From an uncultured delta proteobacterium (lineage in GTDB: Bacteria; Desulfobacterota; Desulfobacteria; Desulfobacterales; UBA2156), in the NCBI GenBank assembly GCA_963736855.1, contig CAVTQK010000005.1:1-18932 (forward strand): 18,932 nucleotides of DNA, in the 5' to 3' direction. A program made the translations under genes and the position numbers. Every line of letters starts with the position of its first letter. Within the stretch, counting starts at the first letter, position 1. This document shows, piece by piece, positions 10,409 through 17,252 of this stretch. Below the pieces are notes generated by a model. The model saw only the letters and a list, made by a program, of their open reading frames with translations, did no database searches and was not told where the DNA came from.

Positions 10409-11317
10409 TCAGGCAATACCGAGCTTGAACTTCAAGGATTTCAGAGTGTTTTTCATGAGCATGGTGATGGTCATGGGTCCAACGCCGCCCGGAACCGGGG
10501 TAATCCATCCGGCAATCTCCTTGGCCGCATCGAAATCCACGTCCCCTTTGAGGATTGCAACCTTTTTACCGGTTTTTTCGCTGACCTTTTCCCCTACCCG
10601 GTTGACTCCCACATCAATGACACAGGCGCCTGGTTTGATCCATTCGGGTTTTACCAGACCGGGCACTCCGGCAGCCACAATGAGAATATCCGCCCGTTTG
10701 CAATGCACGTCCATATTCTTGGTCCGGGTGTGGACAACGGTTACCGTGGAATTGGCCCCCGGGCCTTTTTGGAGCATCATGTTGGCGATGGGCTTTCCGA
10801 CGATGTTGGATCTTCCCACAACCACCACCTCCGCGCCGGAGGTTTCAACTCCCGAGCGCACGATCAACTCCTGGATTCCGGCCGGTGTGCAAGGCGGATA
10901 CTTGACTTCCTTTCCACCGATCATCAGACGCCCCACATTGACGGGATGAAACCCGTCCACGTCCTTGTCCGGGTCAATGGCGTTGAGAACTTTTTTCTCG
11001 TCGATATGCTTGGGAAGCGGCAACTGAACCAGGATGCCGTTGATGGTATCATCTTTGTTGTATTTGTCGATGAGGGCCAGAAGATCTTTTTCGGAAAGCT
11101 TCTCGGACTGACTGTCCTGGACCTCCTTGAACCCAACTCGATGAGCCGTTTGTATCTTCAGGGTCACATAGGAAATGGATGCGGGATTTTGCCCTACGAG
11201 GATGGTTACCAGTCCCGGAACCACACCATGTGTTTTTTTGATCTGGGCCACTTCGGCGGTGATCTCCTCCAGAATCTTCTCCCGGACCTCTGTCCCCACA
11301 ATCAATTTTGCCGGCAT
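10409..11317 (-). CDS. folD: Bifunctional methylenetetrahydrofolate dehydrogenase/cyclohydrolase
   Basis: GILVQLPLP, KDVDGFHPVN, PCTPAG, VGRSNIVGKP and ITPVPGGVGPMTITMLM motifs; AAGGAG RBS. Confidence 0.98.
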   Translation of the reverse strand: MPAKLIVGTEVREKILEEITAEVAQIKKTHGVVPGLVTILVGQNPASISYVTLKIQTAHRVGFKEVQDSQSEKLSEKDLLALIDKYNKDDTINGILVQLPLPKHIDEKKVLNAIDPDKDVDGFHPVNVGRLMIGGKEVKYPPCTPAGIQELIVRSGVETSGAEVVVVGRSNIVGKPIANMMLQKGPGANSTVTVVHTRTKNMDVHCKRADILIVAAGVPGLVKPEWIKPGACVIDVGVNRVGEKVSEKTGKKVAILKGDVDFDAAKEIAGWITPVPGGVGPMTITMLMKNTLKSLKFKLGIA

Positions 11318-11442
11318 GTCGCTTCTCCTTTCTTGATGGTATTAACTCCTTTATCGATTGGATTTCGCCTCCATGATCGTCTTATTCTTGAAAGCCCACA
11401 TCCGTAAAGACCGAAATGCTCCTCATGGGATCAATCTAGATC

Positions 11443-11471
11443 TATGTAGTGAAAAAAGATAGCCCTGTCAA
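11443..11471 (-). promoter_or_regulatory. Candidate sigma-70 promoter of folD
   Basis: On the - strand, consensus TTGACA (11471-11466), 17-bp spacer, weak -10 TACATA. Confidence 0.3.
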
Positions 11472-11572
11472 GTCACGCCGCCAGAAATGCCTTTTTAATT
11501 AGGTTTGACGGTCCAATAATCATGCCACTTACGTCGATTGAGTCTTCCTTTTTCACACAGTGCAAATATCGA

Positions 11573-12610
11573 TCATATCGGATAGGGTACACCCGTCAGC
11601 CCTGTTCTTTCCTCCAGTTTACACATCAGGTTCATGTTCTGGACCGCCTGTCCGGATGCCCCCTTTACCAGGTTATCGATGGCCGACATGAGAATGATCC
11701 GTCCGGCCTCTTTGTCGATGACGAACCCGATATCGCAGAAATTGGTCCCCCGGACATGCAGCGTATCCGGAACGACCCCGTTCCCGCGGATCCGGATGAA
11801 CGGTTTCCGGCCGTAATGGCTTTCAAAACATTGCGTCACCGCTTCGGGTCCCGCGTCATGTTTCAAGGTCGCATAGACCGTGGAAAGCATCCCCCTGGAC
11901 ACGGGCAAAAGATGCGGGACAAAGGTGATATGCACTGGGCTTCCGGCGATATGACTTAAAACCTCCTCCATTTCTGGCGCATGCCTGTGGGAACCGACAC
12001 CATAAGGCTTGAAGGATTCAGCCACTTCACAAAAAAGCGTTTTCAGGGACGGCGACCGCCCTGCCCCGCTCACTCCTGACTTGGCATCGATGATTATGCC
12101 CTCCGTCTCGACGAGGCCTTCACGGATCAGGGGGATAAGCGGCAGCATGCTGCAGGTGGGATAACATCCCGGGTTGCCCACAAGTCTCGCCTTCGCGATC
12201 TGATCTGAAAAGACCTCGCTCAACCCGTAAACCGCCTCCTTCAAAAGATCGATTGCGGTGTGGGGCTGGTAGTATCGTTCGTAGGTGGTCGGATCCCGGA
12301 ACCGGAAATCCGCGGAAAGATCGATCACTTTAAGGCCCCTTCCCAGGAGCCCGGGAATGATTTCCATGGGGAGCTTGTGCGGAAGGGCTGTGAAAACCGC
12401 ATCCGCCTTATACCCCACCGCATCCGGATCGAAGGCCTCCAGGGTTTTCCGTACCGCCCCGGCCAGGGCCGGATAGACCTCTGAAATTTCCTTTCCCACA
12501 TATTGCGTGGAGGTCAATACCGTCAACTCAACATCCGGATGCCCGCTGAGGATGCGGACCAGTTCCGCGCCGGTATAGCCGGTCGCGCCCACGATCCCTA
12601 CCCTGATCAT
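11573..12610 (-). CDS. argC: N-acetyl-gamma-glutamyl-phosphate reductase
   Basis: MIRVGIVGATGYTGAEL start with GGGAGG RBS, so the start is 12610 rather than 12706. IDLSADFR, catalytic NPGCYPT, SGVSGAG and DNLVKGASGQAVQNMN motifs. Confidence 0.97.
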   Translation of the reverse strand: MIRVGIVGATGYTGAELVRILSGHPDVELTVLTSTQYVGKEISEVYPALAGAVRKTLEAFDPDAVGYKADAVFTALPHKLPMEIIPGLLGRGLKVIDLSADFRFRDPTTYERYYQPHTAIDLLKEAVYGLSEVFSDQIAKARLVGNPGCYPTCSMLPLIPLIREGLVETEGIIIDAKSGVSGAGRSPSLKTLFCEVAESFKPYGVGSHRHAPEMEEVLSHIAGSPVHITFVPHLLPVSRGMLSTVYATLKHDAGPEAVTQCFESHYGRKPFIRIRGNGVVPDTLHVRGTNFCDIGFVIDKEAGRIILMSAIDNLVKGASGQAVQNMNLMCKLEERTGLTGVPYPI

Positions 12611-12728
12611 CTTGTTTCCTCCCTTCCCGCGGGGATTTTCCCACAGAAATGGTATTTCATCGAACCCCATGGCCGGGATACCAGATCCACGGCAAATTTC
12701 AAGCAAAACATCAAGCTGTGTTATCCGG

Positions 12729-12757
12729 TTGACTCTGCACGGTCGATTTTTTATCGT
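12729..12757 (+). promoter_or_regulatory. Candidate sigma-70 promoter of the NUDIX gene
   Basis: TTGACT (12729-12734), 17-bp spacer, TATCGT (12752-12757). Confidence 0.45.
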
Positions 12758-12816
12758 CTACTTAAAAGGTGCTTTTTCAACCGATTCTTTCGACATTAGG
12801 AAGGGATGGCCAGGCC

Positions 12817-13332
12817 ATGGAAGAAAAAGTCATGGTGGTGGATGCCGAAAATCGACCCATCGGTTCCGTGCCGCGCTCCGAAATGCGGGCTAAAAACCTT
12901 TTCCATCGGGCGGTGTATATCCTGGTGTTCAACTCCCGGGGAGAGCTTTTCAGGCACCAGCGGACCTTTACCAAGGACATCTACCCCGGATACTTCGACA
13001 TCGCTGCAGGAGGCGTTGTTCTGGCCGACGAGGCCTGGGAAGCGGCGGCGGCCCGGGAACTTCAGGAGGAGATGGGGATCCAAGAAGTTCCTCTGAAATT
13101 GGCCTTCGACATTTTCTTCGAGGAGCCCAACAGCCGGGTTTTCGGCCGCGTCTATACCTGCGTTTTTGACGGTGACATCACACTTCAAGCCGAAGAGGTC
13201 CTCTACGGCGCCTTCCTGCCCATGCAAACCATCCTCGAGGAGGCCAAGCAGCTCCCCTATACACCCGACGGATGGATGATTCTCGAGCGCTGGTTAAACG
13301 CCCCGGATTCCCTCAAGACGAAAATGGATTAA
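12817..13332 (+). CDS. NUDIX hydrolase, YfcD/IPP-isomerase-like
   Basis: VVDAENRPIG, HRAVYILVFN, QRTFTKDIYPGYFD and Nudix box GGVVLADEAWEAAAARELQEEMGI; likely ATG at 12817. Confidence 0.88.
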   Translation: MEEKVMVVDAENRPIGSVPRSEMRAKNLFHRAVYILVFNSRGELFRHQRTFTKDIYPGYFDIAAGGVVLADEAWEAAAARELQEEMGIQEVPLKLAFDIFFEEPNSRVFGRVYTCVFDGDITLQAEEVLYGAFLPMQTILEEAKQLPYTPDGWMILERWLNAPDSLKTKMD

Positions 13333-13336
13333 AAAC

Positions 13337-13622
13337 CGTCCGCGCAAATCGCAAAACTCTCCTTATTACCAAATAGTGTAGAGGACGACTTCGAGGCATT
13401 CGAAGGCATCTATGAAGATCGATTGGAGAGAGCATACGGTTCCTTTTCCACGAAAGCGGCATACTCACCGTGGCGCATTGGATCGATTGCCGGACTCTGG
13501 AGCGTCTCTTCAGACATCACGTGCTCCAGATGCTTTTGGAAAACGGTAAGATCACCCGGGATGTGATCGCCCTTCTGGATCGATGGCGGCATACCGGAAT
13601 CAAAATCTATTGCGGCAAATGA
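13337..13622 (+). pseudogene. Degraded, internally deleted IS91-family-like (Y2/HUH rolling-circle) transposase remnant
   Basis: Translation across three frames gives RPRKSQNSPYYQ / VEDDFEAFEGIYEDRLERAYGSF / FHESGILTVAHWIDCRTLERLFRHHVLQMLLENGKITRDVIALLDRWRHTGIKIYCGK*. From recall, these resemble the N-terminus and the WRH(S/T)GF region of deltaproteobacterial IS91-like transposases. Confidence 0.72.
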
Positions 13623-13778
13623 ACTCTTGCCGATGAATTTCAGATTGACAGCGCATTCACCTGCGCGTATGTAAAAATCCATACGCAATGAAAATGTGTG
13701 TTCCCATATCTTGGGGTTCAGGTAATGGCAAAACACAATTCATTCAATCGATCTAGCGTAACCCGAAAAAACAAGTTC

Positions 13779-13827
13779 TTATCACCTCACCTATCACTTT
13801 ATCACCTTACCTCACCTTGAGTGAGGT
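13779..13827. repeat. Cluster of short direct and inverted repeats (candidate operator or enhancer sites)
   Basis: TTATCACCT at 13779 and 13799; ACCTCACCT at 13784 and 13809; inverted repeat ACCTCAC-N5-GTGAGGT at 13809-13827. Confidence 0.6.
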
Positions 13828-13866
13828 TTATCCAGATCCGCAAATGGCTGATGCTTCTTCAGCCCA

Positions 13867-13882
13867 TGGCATTGGAATCGCG
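13867..13882 (+). promoter_or_regulatory. Candidate sigma-54 (-24/-12) promoter of the FNT/molybdoenzyme operon
   Basis: TGGCATT-GGAA-TCGC compared with consensus TGGCACG-N4-TTGC; exact GG-N10-GC spacing (13868-69 and 13880-81), about 43 bp before the FNT ATG. Confidence 0.6.
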
Positions 13883-13924
13883 TAATTGGGATTTTAACGA
13901 TAAAAATCAGAAAGAGGAAAGATT

Positions 13925-14806
13925 ATGCCGGCCGATGTGGATGAACTTGTCGTAAGGGTCGCCGACATCTGTTCTTACAAATGGGACATGATCCGTCACA
14001 GGCCCATGGCCTATCTCATTTCAGGATTCACCGGGGGGGCCATGGTCGTCTTCGGAGCAACACTGGCCCTTGCGGTGAGCGCCGGTGTTCCGGAAAAGCT
14101 TGCCCCCGGACTGGCCAACCTGCTCATGGGTCTCGTGTTCATGTTCTCCCTCGTGATCATCATGGTCAGCGGCATGACCCTTGTTACGGCCGACATGTAC
14201 ATCGGAATAATCGGCGTTTTCCACCGCCGCATTCGCTGGGGATGGTTCGTCTGGGGCATTACGCTCGGGTACGCGGGCAACTTCCTGGGCAGCATGATCT
14301 TCATGTGGCTCATCAGCAAGTCCGGCAGTTATGCATACATGCCCTGGCTCCTAAGGGCGCATGCCATCGGTGTGTCAAAATTGGGCCAGACCGCAACCCA
14401 GATCTTTGTCATGGGCATCGTCTGCACATGGATGCTTCAGACCGCTGCCATACTCTATGTTAAAGCTGAAGGCGACATTGCCAAGATCGCCATGGCTGCC
14501 TACGGGCCGCTTGCTTTCGTGGCCGGCATGACAGAGCACTGTATCGCCAATATCGGATTTTTGGCTCTGCCGCTTTTTCAACAAGACCTTTATCTGAAGG
14601 CTGTGGCGAACATGCCAGACGTAACTCCGATCCTTCTCCGCTGGGGATTCGGCCAGTACGGCTGGGCCCACAACCAGCTCTATACGGTTTTAGGGAACCT
14701 TATCGGAGGCATCCTGTTCGTGGGGATCGTATTTCAACTCGTATCCCATCCGGAGAGGGTATCGGAACTGTATAAAAACAAAACAAATTACATGCTCAAA
14801 CTCTAA
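13925..14806 (+). CDS. Formate/nitrite transporter (FNT) family anion channel, divergent
   Basis: About six hydrophobic helices; GMTLVTAD (loop Thr), YAGNFLG, AFVAGMTEHCIAN (central His) and GNLIGG motifs; AGAGGA RBS. Confidence 0.88.
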   Translation: MPADVDELVVRVADICSYKWDMIRHRPMAYLISGFTGGAMVVFGATLALAVSAGVPEKLAPGLANLLMGLVFMFSLVIIMVSGMTLVTADMYIGIIGVFHRRIRWGWFVWGITLGYAGNFLGSMIFMWLISKSGSYAYMPWLLRAHAIGVSKLGQTATQIFVMGIVCTWMLQTAAILYVKAEGDIAKIAMAAYGPLAFVAGMTEHCIANIGFLALPLFQQDLYLKAVANMPDVTPILLRWGFGQYGWAHNQLYTVLGNLIGGILFVGIVFQLVSHPERVSELYKNKTNYMLKL

Positions 14807-14837
14807 AATCAGCAGCTTAGAGGGAGGCTTCTTCACG

Positions 14838-14990
14838 ATGGATTATTCACCGTTTAACGCCGTTGTCTGGCTTGTTTTTGCCGGATTCGTCGCAGTCACC
14901 TACCTGACGGTCAGGGCATTCCACGGCAAATATCCCAAGTATCCCAATGCGAAAAAGAAAGGGAGAAACCAAACTGAAACCTTCGCCTAA
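14838..14990 (+). CDS. Small 50-aa single-pass membrane protein (not in the ORF track)
   Basis: AGGGAGG RBS at 14821-14827, then MDYSPFNAVVWLVFAGFVAVTYLTVRAFHGKYPKYPNAKKKGRNQTETFA*: one TM helix and a basic tail, in operon position. Confidence 0.7.
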   Translation: MDYSPFNAVVWLVFAGFVAVTYLTVRAFHGKYPKYPNAKKKGRNQTETFA

Positions 14991-15100
14991 AAGCGAGAGT
15001 TTTTCTTCCAATCCACGAAATGGACAATAGTCACCCGAATGCCGGGGGATTTCTGCACAGGGCCCCGGTGCATCGAGCTAAGGGAAAGGAGGCAAAAGAC

Positions 15101-17241
15101 ATGAAGAAGTCAGAATGGATTCCGACTGTGTGCTATCAGTGCAAGGCGGAGTGCGCCATCATTGCACGGGTTGAAGACGGAAGGGTAAAGGAAATCAGGG
15201 GAAATCCAAAGGCCCGCGGAAAGGCCTGCGTCAAGGGGATGGCAGGTGTGTCTTCGGAATATTCTCAGGATCGCCTGACCTATCCGATGAAACGCGTGGG
15301 CGAGCGCGGCGGGGGAAAATTTGAAAGAATATCCTGGGATGAGGCGATCGACATCATCTACAGGAAACTCAAAGATCTGAGGGACCGTGGGGATGCCCAC
15401 AAACTGACCGCCAATTTTTTTCCCCACAGTATAACAGATCCGAAATGGCGTTTTCTAAATGCCTATGGTGGGTTTATCAATACGGCGCTTCCTCACTGTG
15501 ATTCCGCCAAAATTGTGTCATTTATCAAAACAATGGGAGGAGTTCCGAACCATCATATCCCTCCTGCATGGTTCACGGTGCCCAAAGGAGGGATCATGAT
15601 ACTGGCGGGCCGCCACGCCTTTGGCGGTCTGGAAGATGCCGCGGTGCCAAGGGACATCCTCGATGCAAAAGCCCGCGGAGCCAAACTCGTTGTCATAGAT
15701 CCCATTTTTACGGCCGAGGCTGCCAAGGCCGATCAGTGGATACCCATTAAACCAAGCGGCGACACGGCGTTCTTTGTCGGCATGATCCACCACATCATAA
15801 TGAACGACCTGTATGACAAAGACTTTGTCGAAAACTGGATCCGTGAAGGGGACTTTGAAAAATTAAAGAAGTATGTTGCAGACAAAACTCCGGAAAAAAT
15901 GAGTAAAATCTGTGATGTCCCTTCTGAAACGATCAAGCAATTGGCTGTGGAATGCGCAAAGGCGCCTTCCGTGGGTGTAGACAGCTTTAAAGGTGTGATG
16001 CTCGGCAATGCCCTTGATTTTGCCCATGCATGGTGCATCTTTTTAGCGATTACCGGAAATATCGATAATCCGGGGGACAACCGCTTCCGGATCTGACCCC
16101 CCTGTCACCGGTGGCACCCGGCCCGGCCGGCCCGGCCCTGCACGAACTGGGTTGGCATCGAACCGGTCCGGATAGAGATAAATTTGCAAAATACTCTTTT
16201 ATTATGGAGCCGACATGGTACGAGGCCCAGGCGATAAAAAACGGCGGTCTGAAAGTTCTCATCACCGCAGAGTCGAATCCTGCTTTGACGGAAATGGGAC
16301 AAAATTCTGGCAGGAAGCGGTTTGCGAAAAAGACGGAAAGGGCGACTACAAACTTGAATTGCTGGTCAGCTTTGAAATTATGTTGTCGGAGACCGCCAGG
16401 TTTGCGGATCTGGTGTTGCCGGACAAGTCCTATTTTGAACGATGGGAGCTCCTCTACATGCCGTGGTGGTACAATTTTGGCCATGGAGTGGCATTGCGCC
16501 AGCCGGTTGTCGAGCTTCCGGGAGAATGCCGGCATTCCAATGAGATTTTTATCGAACTCGGCAAACGGCTGGTTCCGGACTATTTTCAATTTGAAAACGA
16601 TATCGCTTACTATGACATTCAACTGGCCGGCTTGGGACTTTCAGTTGAAAAACTCCGGGAGATCGGCGGGCTCTGGTCCCCCGGCACCATGGGATTCAGA
16701 AAATACAAAAAAGCCGGCGGGTTCGGTACACCGAGCAGAAAAATTCATCTTTATTGGGAGGATCTCGAAGCATCCCCTTGGAATCAAAAGGCCCCCAGAG
16801 TGGAGCTTGCACCGGAATACAGGGTGAAATGTCGAGAAATTTCCGTTTATCCTTATTTCTTATCGAACCATTTATCATTCAGGATCAGGACAATGGACCC
16901 ACAACAACCCTCAGTTTCGAGACAGGATTTCGGGACTTCATGAAAATCCGCTTATGATGAATCCTACAACTGCCGGTAAATTGGGCATTTCTCAAGGGGA
17001 TCGGGTAACGGTGGAATCCCCGAGCGGAAGCATTCAGGTAAAGGTCCATCTTACCGAAGGGATTCGACCCGACTGTGTAGGGCTGGGACATGGTTTTGGA
17101 TCCAGCGTCGGTCGGGTAGCAACCGTCGGCAAAGGGGTAAGCAACAACCTGCTGGTTCCTGACGCAGGCTCCACCCTGGACTGGCAGGATGTTGTAGGGG
17201 GTGAATCACATGTTTCCACGCGCGTTCGTATCGTGAAATAA
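15101..17241 (+). CDS. DMSO-reductase-family Mo/W-bisPGD oxidoreductase catalytic subunit, cytoplasmic, about 713 aa (3 apparent frameshifts)
   Basis: AAGGAGG RBS then ATG at 15101. FS0 motif CYQCKAEC...CVKG, DRLTYPMKR, ISWDEA, KLVVIDP, ADQWIPIKPSGD, AITGNIDNPGG, SETARFADLVLP, FGTPSRKI and a C-terminal molydop-binding domain. Indels at about 16075, 16300 and 16827 join the ORF pieces. Confidence 0.9.
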
Positions 17242-17252
17242 AGGAGGAAAAC

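Noticed and set aside
3586..11407. Long + strand ORFs opposite clpA, secA and folD (for example 3586-4347, 6774-7565, 10400-11407)
   Set aside because: Antisense shadows of conserved genes caused by codon bias; no motifs.
11318..11572. Possible THF or ZTP riboswitch upstream of folD
   Set aside because: No recognisable conserved motif or pairing on the - strand.
13410..13736. 108-aa ORF on the - strand
   Set aside because: Largely the antisense shadow of the IS91-like remnant.
13779..13827. CRISPR array or phage operator interpretation of the TATCACC repeats
   Set aside because: Units are 5-9 bp with no spacers, and there are no cas or phage genes in the window.
14991..15100. Possible Moco/Wco riboswitch before the molybdoenzyme
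   Set aside because: Only the GGAAAGGAG/SD end resembles the motif; I could not find the conserved 5' elements or stems. An Rfam scan would settle it.
15020..15100. N-terminal extension of the molybdoenzyme as a Tat signal
   Set aside because: No RR motif or hydrophobic core, and the strong SD lies before the ATG at 15101.
16094..16096. TGA ending ORF 15020-16096 as possible selenocysteine in the molybdoenzyme
   Set aside because: The frame is already lost at the G run near 16075 (the NPGG motif is restored by one added G), and the predicted ligand is an ordinary TGT Cys.
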